A stretch of DNA of 64,000 nucleotides from an uncultured Coxiellaceae bacterium (lineage in GTDB: Bacteria; Myxococcota_A; Polyangia; Polyangiales; Houyiibacteriaceae), in NCBI GenBank assembly GCA_964194675.1, contig CAXMND010000044.1, positions 5,114 through 69,113 on the forward strand. Direction: 5' to 3'. The position numbers and the translations under genes are program-made. The notes beneath the pieces were generated by a model that was given only the letters and a program-made list of their open reading frames with translations, did no database searches and was not told the origin of the DNA. Below, piece by piece: positions 19,690 through 28,589 of this stretch. How positions within the stretch are numbered: the first letter of the stretch is position 1; every line of letters begins with the position of its first letter.

Positions 19690-20312
19690 AGCGCCCCGCA
19701 ACAGATGCCCCAGCAGGCTTCACACTGGTCGAGGTCATGATCGCGATCGGCATCATGACGGTCGGCTCACTCGGCATCCTTTCGATGCATCAGGCAGTGA
19801 CGCGTGCCAATCGGGAAGCGCGCGAAATGAATACCGCGCTCGCGATTACCGAGACCTGGATCGAGCGTGTGGAGCGCGACGCGTTGCTGTGGACCGCTCA
19901 AGGCTTCAACACCACCGAGCTTCAGGCCACCGCGTACCTCCAAACGATCGCCGGCGTCGCGGATGAAACCGCTTGGTTCAGGCCTGCCCCCACGCTCTCG
20001 ATGGAGTCTTGGGCCTTCGACTACTTCGGCGGCGACACGAGAACCACCGCGGACACCACGTACTGCGTCAATCTCAAGATGAGCTGGCTTCGACAGGGAA
20101 GCTCGGTGCGCGTCGACATTCGCACGTACTGGCTCCGCCCGGGCCACATGACCGGGACGCCGGCGCACTCGGACTGGGTCGCGGCGTCTGCCTTTCGTGG
20201 GGCAGGGTGTGCCGCAGGAACGGCCGATGGCTGGAACCTCGGAAGCGCCCCCAACGTGAACGTGATCTTCGCATCGACGGTGGTGACTTGGCTACGGAGG
20301 GACACGCCATGA
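19686..20312 (+). CDS. pilV: PilV-like type IV minor pilin
   Basis: MKRPATDAPAG/FTLVEVMIAIGIMTVGSLGILSMHQ prepilin N-terminus. ATGA overlap with the upstream gene at 19686-19689. Confidence 0.75.
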   Translation: MKRPATDAPAGFTLVEVMIAIGIMTVGSLGILSMHQAVTRANREAREMNTALAITETWIERVERDALLWTAQGFNTTELQATAYLQTIAGVADETAWFRPAPTLSMESWAFDYFGGDTRTTADTTYCVNLKMSWLRQGSSVRVDIRTYWLRPGHMTGTPAHSDWVAASAFRGAGCAAGTADGWNLGSAPNVNVIFASTVVTWLRRDTP

Positions 20313-21703
20313 GGCAAAGTGGGTTCACCCTAATCGAACTGATGATCGCCATGGTCGTGGGTCTGACCGCGGTCAGCTCGGTCTATGCACTCGGCTCGGC
20401 GATGAGTGAGCAGTTCTTCGTCGAGCAACGGGTGGCCTCTTCGCAGGGGACATCGCGGGTGGCCACCTTGGAGCTTCGGCAGGACATCTCACGCGCAGGA
20501 CTGTTTGGCACACCGAACGCTTATCTCCGACAAGGGGACACCGGTGTGGAGCGGTTCGAGCCCACCTGTGACGCCAATCGACCTGAGCTCCCGAAGCTTG
20601 GCGGCGGAAACGGTCCGATGGGTGCTTTTCAGTATTACGCGAACGAAGACATCGCGGTCCTGGACCCCGATAGCGTGAACGCGGGGGCACGAGCTGACCG
20701 GCTTCGCGTCCTCACCAGCATGTATCTCACCGAGCAACTTCTGGTGAACTCGACGAGCATCAACGGCGAGGTCATCGTGTTGCAAACCGGCAACCAGGCA
20801 TACCGGCGAACATTTGCCTGGGGAAACACGGCGGGCCCGTTCACGAGCGGCCAAGCGCCCGACTACCTCCCGGGCACCCTGAACTGGGACAGCGCATGGG
20901 GCAGCGAAACCGGGAGCTGGAAGGGCATCGGAATGCGGGGCGCACGAGCCTTCCAAAGCGGCTCGGTCCTTCACATCGAGACCCCCGAAGGGCGTCACTT
21001 CTTTCGATCGGTGTACGGAAAGGGCAGCAACGTACAAAACCAAATCCGGCTGGTACTCCCGTCGGGAGACGGGTTGCCGATCGGCACGTCATGCCTTCCC
21101 GGTGCCGCCGAGGGCTCCATGATCGCGCCGCTTCAGTGGGTGGAATACGCCATCGTCGACCCCTTCGACCCGGCCGATACTTCCAACACGGACGACTTTC
21201 TCAAGTTCGACGGCATCTTCTTCGGCGACCTTTCCGATGCGGACAGTCCCATCCACGACGTCTATGCGCTGACAGAGGCCGACCTGCTCGAGGCTCCAAA
21301 TCGGGTGCTGGTCCGTCGGATCTTGGACGCCACCAATGGGTCGGTGAAGGCGAACTCGACGCAAGTCGTCGCGGAATTCGTCACGCACTTCGAAGTGAGC
21401 TTCATGATCGACGCCAACTCCGGCTCGACGACATCGGCTGCGCCGCCAACCCTCAGCCACCAGAAGGGGTCGACGGCCGAAACGACGGTCAACGGCAATC
21501 CCGAGCGCGTGCGCTCGGTCATCATCGACCTCGGCATCCGTAGCCCGCTCGAAGATCCATCCCTCGAATACAATGGCGACGTCGACGCGGGTATCGTTCC
21601 GACGCGCTTTGAGGTGAACAAGGATAGCAAGGGCTCGGCCCGCGTGCGGCATCTACGGATCGAGATCCCGGTGATGAGCGTCGCTAGGAGGAATCTCGGA
21701 TGA
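20309..21703 (+). CDS. pilW: PilW-like type IV minor pilin
   Basis: MRQSG/FTLIELMIAMVVGLTAVSSVYALG, then ...LELRQDISRAGLFG typical of PilW. 464 aa. ATGA overlap at 20309-20312. Confidence 0.75.
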   Translation: MRQSGFTLIELMIAMVVGLTAVSSVYALGSAMSEQFFVEQRVASSQGTSRVATLELRQDISRAGLFGTPNAYLRQGDTGVERFEPTCDANRPELPKLGGGNGPMGAFQYYANEDIAVLDPDSVNAGARADRLRVLTSMYLTEQLLVNSTSINGEVIVLQTGNQAYRRTFAWGNTAGPFTSGQAPDYLPGTLNWDSAWGSETGSWKGIGMRGARAFQSGSVLHIETPEGRHFFRSVYGKGSNVQNQIRLVLPSGDGLPIGTSCLPGAAEGSMIAPLQWVEYAIVDPFDPADTSNTDDFLKFDGIFFGDLSDADSPIHDVYALTEADLLEAPNRVLVRRILDATNGSVKANSTQVVAEFVTHFEVSFMIDANSGSTTSAAPPTLSHQKGSTAETTVNGNPERVRSVIIDLGIRSPLEDPSLEYNGDVDAGIVPTRFEVNKDSKGSARVRHLRIEIPVMSVARRNLG

Positions 21704-22377
21704 AGCATCCTCGCAAACAGGAAGGCGCAGTCCTTTTCGTGGTCCTGATGATCGTGATGGTGGGCACCGCAAGCGCGGTGTTCTCGGCCAACACCGTGTC
21801 GCACGAGGTTCGGGGCACTGGTTTCGCGCGTCAGCAAATGCAAACGAGATACGCCGCGAAGGCCGGCCTCGCCGCCGCCATGGATTGGTTCGACATTTTC
21901 GGTCCGGAAACGGTGCGAAACTTGATGCTCGCCCCGGGAAGCACCCAGGGGGTCACATTCAGCTGCGCCAGCGGCGGCACCTGTTACCCGGAGATCCCGA
22001 TGGCCAACGGTCGCCGCGCGTATCGGCTCTACCCGGAGCACTTTTCGAAGTTGCTGGCCGCCGGCGGAGGGCCAGGGTTGCTGGTCAACGTACCCTACGA
22101 ACAGGGCTCGTCGTTTGGAACTTACACAGCGCTGACCCCGATCGTGACGATCGACATCTACGACGAGCACATCCTCAGCAAGCTGGCACCGGGCGCTGCG
22201 GCCCAGGGCGGCTCCAAGTTCAAGTATATGCGGACCACGCTCACGGCTCGGGCGCGGGCGCGGGTGAGCGCCGGTGACGTCGCCCTCGAAGCCGCAGACC
22301 AAGCCCGTGAGCGCAACGAAACCGGCGCCGACTTCCGCGCCTACATCATAAGTGGGCCATTCGTCACAGGATCATGA
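21700..22377 (+). CDS. pilX: PilX-like minor pilin / pilus assembly protein
   Basis: N-terminus GAVLFVVLMIVMVGTASAVFSANTVSHEVRGTGFARQQMQTRYAAKAGL matches the PilX N-terminal pattern. ATGA overlap at 21700-21703. Confidence 0.7.
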   Translation: MKHPRKQEGAVLFVVLMIVMVGTASAVFSANTVSHEVRGTGFARQQMQTRYAAKAGLAAAMDWFDIFGPETVRNLMLAPGSTQGVTFSCASGGTCYPEIPMANGRRAYRLYPEHFSKLLAAGGGPGLLVNVPYEQGSSFGTYTALTPIVTIDIYDEHILSKLAPGAAAQGGSKFKYMRTTLTARARARVSAGDVALEAADQARERNETGADFRAYIISGPFVTGS

Positions 22378-25300
22378 TGCGGATTTCATTTCACATAGCA
22401 CTTGGACTTCTTCTTTTCGCGGCGCTCGGGCTAGGTGGAGATGTCGCTGCGCAGGCGCCGGACATCCGGAACATTCGTCCGCACGTCGTCCTCCTGGTCG
22501 ATACTTCGGGTTCGATGGAGCGAAAGCCGAATTGTCTCTGCGTCACTCCCGCCTGCTTGGAGTGTCTCCCGGTCTGTAGCGGGGTGACATTCGAGCAGAA
22601 CCGCTGGTCGGTCGTCGCCCAGGCGCTCACCGGAGAGTTCTCACCGTTCGAGTGCAGCTCCGAAAACCGAATCGGGGGTATCTACTCCGGCCAGTACGAC
22701 GAAGGGTACTTCCTTCCGCACATACTGTTACCTCAAGAGATCGGGGCGTACACCGGCTCCCAAAACGGCAACGGCGTCCTCGACATCTACCTCGAGCGCA
22801 TCAAGTTCGGTCTGATGACGTTCGACTCGGTCGGGACCCTGAGCGACCAGCCTCCGCTCGTCACTCAGACCGTTTTCCAGACCGCCCCGTTCCCGACCGA
22901 GTCCGTGGGAACGAAGGGTATGTACTCCTTCGGAGCCGACGCGCCTTTCTCGTTCCCGGGCGCCCTGGCGACGTACATGATCAACGCGGGAGCTCGATCG
23001 GCGTCTGCCACAGAAGGCGGCCTTGTCACCGTCGGCGGCGATAGCACGGCCGCGATGACCGCAACCAATGACTCCATCCAAGCGACGATTCTCGGAGATG
23101 CGGGCCTCGGGAAGAATCCCCTGCGGCCGTTCGGTTCGACGCCGACGGCAGCCATGGTGACCGACCTCCAGGTGTTCGTGCAGACCGACAACGACTTCAT
23201 CGAGAAAACTGCAGATCCCGGCCCGGGTGACGCTTACTACAATTGCCGCAACAAGGCCGCGGTCCTGATCACCGACGGTTTCCCGAATGGCGACATGCGC
23301 GGAAGCCCGGTGTTCTGCGAAGCGCTAGGCCAGCCGGTCGGCGCTACGGGCTGCCCCTACGAGGAAATCCAGACGACGGTCGCGGCGATGATCGCGGCCG
23401 GAGAGCTCGATGAGTTCTACGTCATCGGGTTTGCACTCGATGGCGACCCCGCCGAGGTAGCCGCCGTCGAAGCCCTGCTCGACGATATCGCGTCAGTCGG
23501 TGGAACGACTGAAGCCTTTTTCGTTGCGGATCGGGCGGAACTAGTGACCGCCCTGAGCACCATTCTCAACGAGCAGAACCCGGGCGCCACCAGCCGCACG
23601 GCCCCCGTGGCGACCGGCCTCTCGCCGGGCCTCATCGAGTCCGAGTTCATTTCGGGGTTCAGGGCATCGTTGGGTGTGACGGATCCTTGGGACGGAATTC
23701 TCGAGCGACGCCGCGTACTCTGCGTCGGGACGCCCCCCGTGCCGGTCGAGCAGACGGTTGTCGACTCGGATCGCTTCCAGCTGGTGCTCAACAACCAGTC
23801 GTCCCCTCCGGGAAATGTCGAGCCCTTCGGCTCGGGCAACGGTGTAGCCTTCACCGGCGGGTTCTCGAGGAATCTCTGGACGGTGTTGCCCTCTGACCCC
23901 GCAGACGTCAACAAGCACCTCGTCGGCAATGGCAAGAGCAAGATCACTGCACTCGGCGACGACGGCATCGACGTCCCCCCGGATTCCGGCCTCGAAATCC
24001 GGAACGTGCCGGTCGGCGAGCTCAACACGTCGATCAATCCCGAGTACTTCTTTGGGGTGGGGAGCGTCGATACCGCGCAGCGGACGACACTGGTGAACTA
24101 CATTCACGGCGTTGCCGGAAGCGGAAGAGAAAACGAGCGTCTCGGCGACATCTACCACTCCACCCCAGCCATCGTAGGCCCGCTTGTCGACGACCTCGAC
24201 GACCAAACCTACAACGATTGGCGGCTCGGCCTCGCGCACCAGCTTAGCCCGGATCCACTGGAAGCTTCCCCGCCCGACTGGCTGCTCAGCCGCCGTCCGC
24301 GCGTGATCTACGTATCGACCAACGACGGCGTCATTCACGCGTTCCTCGCGGATGACTATGCAGCGAGCACGTTCACCGCGGGCGCCAACCTCGACGAGTT
24401 CCAGTGCGCGGACGGCAAGGCCGCTGGTACAGAACTCTGGGGTTTCATTCCGCCGATGTTCCTGGACGATCTCGACAACCTGCTTTCGGGAGGCAGCAAG
24501 CAGTGGTTTGCCGACGGCAACATCGTGATCCGCAATCTCTACGACGTCCGCAAGTTCGCCGAAGACGACGGGGGCGGCAGCACGATCGATTCGGCCGCCA
24601 GCAATACCAACGTCTGGCGCACGGTGATGTTCCTCAGCTTCCGAAACGGGGGCAATGGCATGGTCGCGCTCGACGTGACCAACCCCTGTAAGCCCGAGTT
24701 CCTTTGGCAGTTCACCGATGCTGACCTCGGCAACACCTACGGCCAGCCGACCGCAGCCCAGGTCTTCCTCGAAGACAACGACCCGCTGCCGGTCTCCGGC
24801 GGTGCCGGCGGTCCGATCGTGTTCAAGCCACGACAGTCCCATGCTGTCATCATTCTCCCGGGCGGGCAGGGCGTCGAAGATGCGGCTGCGAGCCCCTGCT
24901 CGTTCGTATCGGGCCCAGCCTTTCCGGAGGGCATGGACGAAGCGGACGATGTCACGACGATCACGCCGAGATCGGACCGGCGTTGCTGGCGAGGCTCTAC
25001 CTCTGTGCCGGCAGCGACTCCAACCGGACGCGCGCTCTACTTCATCGATCTGGCAACGGGATCGATCATCGAAAAGATGGACGAGAACGACTTCCCCGCG
25101 CCTCTCAACGGCGGCGTGTCGGTGTTCCGAGGTGATACGGGAACGGTGGGAAGCGCGGTCTACACGGTAGATGCCGACGGGGTTCTCTGGCGCATCGACA
25201 TGGCGCCTTCGGATCCAGAGGACTGGACCGCCGAGGCGCTGCACGACATGTACTATGCGGACTCTTTTGACGAGGCCGAGCCGACCTATTATCCTCCCGC

Positions 25301-25973
25301 GCTCACGATCGACAGGTCGGGGAACATCGTGATTCTGCTCGGCACCGGCAACATCGACGTGCTCGATGATGCCACCGCAAAGAACCGGGTCGTCTCGATC
25401 ACCGAGAAACTCACCTTCGACGGCAGTGGCAACATCAGCACGCTCGAGGGGCGGCTCAACTGGGAGATCGTTCTCGACGATGGTGAGCAGATGACCGGAC
25501 CCATCGAGCTCTTCGGAGGCCAAGGGTTCTTCGGGTCGTTCAAGGCCGCCGGCGTCAATCCGATCAACGCCTGTGGCATCGGCGGTAGCCGAATCTTCGG
25601 TGTGGACTTCTTGGATGATCCAGCAAGCCCAGGAACGTTGGTGCCACTGCTGGTGGATGCGATGAGCAATCCTGCAACGAACCTCGATGGCACCGACATC
25701 GCCGACCTGCAGAACTCGCTGGTCGTTGGGCTCCAGGTTGCCCAGCAACCGGTGTGTACGTCCCTGTCCTCGGTCCTAGTGACCGATCCCTTCGGTAGTT
25801 CCTTCACCTTGGCGATGCCGGTCAATACGAGCGGACGCGAGTTCAAGCTCATGGCTCACCTCAGCGGCTCGGGGACGCCCGTCAGCGGGCTGTCGATCGA
25901 TGTCCTCAGCGAAACGATTACGGCACCCGAGATGTTCACGACGGTCTCCGGCATGGCCGAGACACTGGAGTAA
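22374..25973 (+). CDS. pilY1: PilY1-like pilus tip adhesin with N-terminal von Willebrand A domain
   Basis: 1199 aa with a signal peptide. vWA MIDAS VVLLVDTSGSM (DTSGS at 22500-22514) and LITDGFPNGD. PilY1/PilC signature LGDIYHSTPAIVGP followed by a beta-propeller-like C-terminal half. ATGA overlap at 22374-22377. Confidence 0.8.
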   Translation: MMRISFHIALGLLLFAALGLGGDVAAQAPDIRNIRPHVVLLVDTSGSMERKPNCLCVTPACLECLPVCSGVTFEQNRWSVVAQALTGEFSPFECSSENRIGGIYSGQYDEGYFLPHILLPQEIGAYTGSQNGNGVLDIYLERIKFGLMTFDSVGTLSDQPPLVTQTVFQTAPFPTESVGTKGMYSFGADAPFSFPGALATYMINAGARSASATEGGLVTVGGDSTAAMTATNDSIQATILGDAGLGKNPLRPFGSTPTAAMVTDLQVFVQTDNDFIEKTADPGPGDAYYNCRNKAAVLITDGFPNGDMRGSPVFCEALGQPVGATGCPYEEIQTTVAAMIAAGELDEFYVIGFALDGDPAEVAAVEALLDDIASVGGTTEAFFVADRAELVTALSTILNEQNPGATSRTAPVATGLSPGLIESEFISGFRASLGVTDPWDGILERRRVLCVGTPPVPVEQTVVDSDRFQLVLNNQSSPPGNVEPFGSGNGVAFTGGFSRNLWTVLPSDPADVNKHLVGNGKSKITALGDDGIDVPPDSGLEIRNVPVGELNTSINPEYFFGVGSVDTAQRTTLVNYIHGVAGSGRENERLGDIYHSTPAIVGPLVDDLDDQTYNDWRLGLAHQLSPDPLEASPPDWLLSRRPRVIYVSTNDGVIHAFLADDYAASTFTAGANLDEFQCADGKAAGTELWGFIPPMFLDDLDNLLSGGSKQWFADGNIVIRNLYDVRKFAEDDGGGSTIDSAASNTNVWRTVMFLSFRNGGNGMVALDVTNPCKPEFLWQFTDADLGNTYGQPTAAQVFLEDNDPLPVSGGAGGPIVFKPRQSHAVIILPGGQGVEDAAASPCSFVSGPAFPEGMDEADDVTTITPRSDRRCWRGSTSVPAATPTGRALYFIDLATGSIIEKMDENDFPAPLNGGVSVFRGDTGTVGSAVYTVDADGVLWRIDMAPSDPEDWTAEALHDMYYADSFDEAEPTYYPPALTIDRSGNIVILLGTGNIDVLDDATAKNRVVSITEKLTFDGSGNISTLEGRLNWEIVLDDGEQMTGPIELFGGQGFFGSFKAAGVNPINACGIGGSRIFGVDFLDDPASPGTLVPLLVDAMSNPATNLDGTDIADLQNSLVVGLQVAQQPVCTSLSSVLVTDPFGSSFTLAMPVNTSGREFKLMAHLSGSGTPVSGLSIDVLSETITAPEMFTTVSGMAETLE

Positions 25974-25978
25974 AAGCG

Positions 25979-26509
25979 ATGCCCGAACTGCGGCCACTCT
26001 TGCTCACCTCGTCATTGCTGCTCATGTCATGCCGTTCGGAGGCTGTGGAGGCGCCGCCACCCGCACCCAGTGCCCCCGAGCCGGTGACTGCCGAAGAAGC
26101 GCTGCCCAAACCTCAGGAAATTGTCTACATCTACGACGCGAAAGGAGCGCTGATCCCGTCGGACGACTTCGTCGTAGGGGTTCGGCTTCCTCGTGGCCTC
26201 AAGCTCTTTCTAGAGCAAGAGGGCCTCCACGTGTACCGAATCCAGGCGCCGATCGCGAAGGTGCTCAACTATTTTGGTCCGATGTTGATCACTGGCAAGG
26301 TCGAACGGCAAGGAAAGGGCGCCGTCTATCGCAACGCGAGCGTCCGTGGCGGAGAGGTCAACCCCACCAAAGTCGACGTGTCGATCCTGGAGGTCGGCAG
26401 CCGCCTGACACGCGTGTCGATCACCGAGCTTCCACCCCCGCCCGCGTATCCTCCGCCTCAGAGCGAAACGCTCCAACGAGCGCGGCGCGATTTTCAACGG
26501 CTCGACTAA
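25979..26509 (+). CDS. Hypothetical lipoprotein, last gene of the pilY1 operon
   Basis: ATG 5 nt after the pilY1 stop. LLLTSSLLLMSC lipobox, Pro-rich linker, 176 aa, no recognisable family. Confidence 0.55.
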   Translation: MPELRPLLLTSSLLLMSCRSEAVEAPPPAPSAPEPVTAEEALPKPQEIVYIYDAKGALIPSDDFVVGVRLPRGLKLFLEQEGLHVYRIQAPIAKVLNYFGPMLITGKVERQGKGAVYRNASVRGGEVNPTKVDVSILEVGSRLTRVSITELPPPPAYPPPQSETLQRARRDFQRLD

Positions 26510-27528
26510 AGCCCGCGATACGCGGCGAAGGTACACTGAACCGTGCCCGTCCCGAGAGCATCCGTCACCACCATGCCGGTCGACACACGACCGGGATCAT
26601 CCATCCGCCCCAAGCGTTCGACTAGCGAGGCGACCCGTCGCGCCCAGACACGGCTGCGAAGCTCGGGAACGGCTACCTGGCAAGCGACGGGCCCATGGGG
26701 AAACGCTTCGAGCAAGCCGTGAAAGCGTTTCACGGTGGCCGAGGACACCCGGCCCGAAGCCGTGAAGAAACGCTCGGAACGAACGATCACGCTCGTGTTG
26801 GTGCGATCCGCCATGAAACCCGTGACCAGCGCCGTCTCGATCAGCTCGGCCGCGGCGCCTTGAAGTGGTTCGGGCCACTCAGCGCGCATGTCGCCGATCA
26901 GAGCTTCGGTTTCGAGGAGCAGCGTCTCTGCCCGCTTCGCGGACTTTGGGTACCGCCGCTCGATCGAGTTGGCTCGCTCGTCGAGCGGGTGGAGCTCGCC
27001 TTTCTCCGCGCCGAGCGCCTCCGCAAGCGCTAGGTTAAGCCTGACCCGGGTGAGGAGAGCGGCGACGATTTCCTCGGTCGACCCGCGGTCCGATACGGGG
27101 GAGAGTCGCTCCGCCTCTTTCAGCGCCACGGACCGTGCCGCGTAGCGAGAAATGTCCTGCGCGACGATTCCTGCGGCGCCCTGGTCCCGCGCCAGCTGCT
27201 TTGCCCACCGCTCTTCCTCGGCTTGAAGCTCGATGCGGCGACGATCGAGCTCCACACGCCTGGCCTCGGTGGCCGCCGCCGCCAGCCACAACCGCGCCTC
27301 GGTCCGGAAGTCACCGGCTGCCTCCTCATCGCCGTCCCGTTCCGCCTGGTCTGCCGCTGACCAGGCGGTTTCCGCATTGCGATGGAGATCGGGAGCGAGC
27401 TCCTTCGCAAGATCGGCCGCCGGCGACGCGAAGAGGGCGTCCGAAGCGGACGGGGTCTGCTGCGCGGCACAAGCCGTCAGGACCGCGCAAGCGCCAACGG
27501 CCACTAGAACAACGAACAGGTAACGCAT
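26506..27528 (-). CDS. Lipoprotein with DUF4398-like helical region and possible degenerate OmpA-like C-terminus
   Basis: MRYLFVVLVAVGACAVLTAC lipobox. Charged helical region with E/R/A repeats. The C-terminal FFTASGRVSSATVKRFHGLLEAF...RRVASLVERL loosely resembles OmpA_C (inference). The start overlaps the upstream stop by 1 nt (TAATG at 27526-27530). Confidence 0.5.
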   Translation of the reverse strand: MRYLFVVLVAVGACAVLTACAAQQTPSASDALFASPAADLAKELAPDLHRNAETAWSAADQAERDGDEEAAGDFRTEARLWLAAAATEARRVELDRRRIELQAEEERWAKQLARDQGAAGIVAQDISRYAARSVALKEAERLSPVSDRGSTEEIVAALLTRVRLNLALAEALGAEKGELHPLDERANSIERRYPKSAKRAETLLLETEALIGDMRAEWPEPLQGAAAELIETALVTGFMADRTNTSVIVRSERFFTASGRVSSATVKRFHGLLEAFPHGPVACQVAVPELRSRVWARRVASLVERLGRMDDPGRVSTGMVVTDALGTGTVQCTFAAYRGL

Positions 27529-28046
27529 TAGGGCGACTCCGCTGCGCGTGCCAACTCCGCACGCTCACGCATGAGTGCCTCGAGCACGCGGCGCTGCGCA
27601 TGGGCACGGTCACGAACGCTGCTCAGTCGTCGCTGCGTTTCAAAGAGCTCGGCCTGGGAGCGTCTTCGGTCGAGCTGACGACCCGCCAACACCATCGCGG
27701 CGTCGGCGATCTGTTGAGCACGCGCTGCGGCAAGAGGGTCTTCGATGGGACCGCTCGCGCTGTCGAGCGCGCGTCTGGCTTGTTGGAGAGCGCCCTTGGC
27801 GTACTTGGCGTCCTCCCGGGCTTCGAGGTCTCCGAGACGTCGCTGAAGCTGAGCAGTTCGCGCACGAAGCCCCCCGTCAGCCGACACGTTCAGGGTCGCA
27901 CCCACAGCCAACAAGCCGACGAGAACCGCGGATCTGAGGGTTCGGCTACCGATACGTGAAGCGAAGCTCGTAGTCGCAAATGCGATAAACGTCGCCTTCT
28001 TCGATGCGCTTGGATTCGACACGTTGCTCCGCGAATTCGATTCCAT
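27528..28046 (-). CDS. Hypothetical coiled-coil (DUF4398-like) protein
   Basis: ORF 27528-28046. Signal/TM-like LRSAVLVGLLAVGATLNVSA, then helical AKYAKGALQQARRALDSA. The only in-frame starts before the hydrophobic segment (ATG 28046, GTG 28022) overlap the FHA gene 3' end by 77-101 nt, so the start is uncertain. Confidence 0.45.
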   Translation of the reverse strand: MESNSRSNVSNPSASKKATFIAFATTSFASRIGSRTLRSAVLVGLLAVGATLNVSADGGLRARTAQLQRRLGDLEAREDAKYAKGALQQARRALDSASGPIEDPLAAARAQQIADAAMVLAGRQLDRRRSQAELFETQRRLSSVRDRAHAQRRVLEALMRERAELARAAESP

Positions 28047-28581
28047 TCGTGCTGCCCAAGTCTTTCATGAAGTAGACACCGTCGTGAAATACCACCGCTG
28101 CGTGTCGACGCGAAATATTGCCGTCACGAATCGCGAGATCCGCACTCTTGGTGCCCCGCCCGATGATGAACTCATCTTTTTCGATCGGGAAATCCTGGCC
28201 GTTGAACACCAACACGAGCACGCGGCGCGAGACCGCATCGGAAGGCCGGTGACCTGGCAGCGGAGGTGGCGCGGTCGGGAGTCTTGTAGGCATCGGTGTG
28301 AGCAGAGGGGTCGGGCGCGCTTGCGCGACTGGCCGTGGCTGAACCGGGGGTTGGGGGACTCCCCCAGCACCATCTCCGGCGGCAACGGCCGAGCCGAGCG
28401 CTTGCTGTGCGCTCAGGCTGGCCACCGCATGATCGCGGGACCGAGCGTATTCACGCATGGCTTCGTTGATGAGGTAGTCGACCGAACATTCCAGCTCGTC
28501 GCTCAGCCGATCGTAGATCTCAAACAGATAGTCCCGGCATTGAAATGCCCGCACTGTTTTTCTGTCGCCCTGATCAGCCAT
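27946..28581 (-). CDS. FHA-domain protein with N-terminal ribbon-helix-helix-like region
   Basis: C-terminal FHA signature FIIGRGTKSADLAIRDGNISRRHAAVVFHDGVYFMKDLGSTNG. N-terminal KTVRAFQCRDYLFEIYDRLSDELECSVDYLINEAMREYA resembles CopG/Arc RHH. Pro-rich linker. Confidence 0.8.
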   Translation of the reverse strand: MADQGDRKTVRAFQCRDYLFEIYDRLSDELECSVDYLINEAMREYARSRDHAVASLSAQQALGSAVAAGDGAGGVPQPPVQPRPVAQARPTPLLTPMPTRLPTAPPPLPGHRPSDAVSRRVLVLVFNGQDFPIEKDEFIIGRGTKSADLAIRDGNISRRHAAVVFHDGVYFMKDLGSTNGIEFAEQRVESKRIEEGDVYRICDYELRFTYR

Positions 28582-28589
28582 CTCGTCGA

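Noticed and set aside
22703-22720. A possible attR-like repeat of the tRNA-Leu 3' end (CTTCCGCAC) inside pilY1, which would mark an island boundary.
   Set aside because: The match is only 9 nt, lies inside a coding region, has no integrase nearby and has no extended identity. It is consistent with chance.
23541-25748. Very long antisense ORFs opposite well-supported genes: 735 aa opposite pilY1, 440 aa at 36257-37579, 412 aa at 15599-16837, 346 aa at 21262-22302, 461 aa at 13375-14760 and many others in the track.
   Set aside because: Their sequences are Arg/Pro/Gly/Ala-rich, low-complexity and motif-free. The opposite-strand partners all carry clear family motifs. Stop-codon depletion on the antisense strand of high-GC genes explains them.
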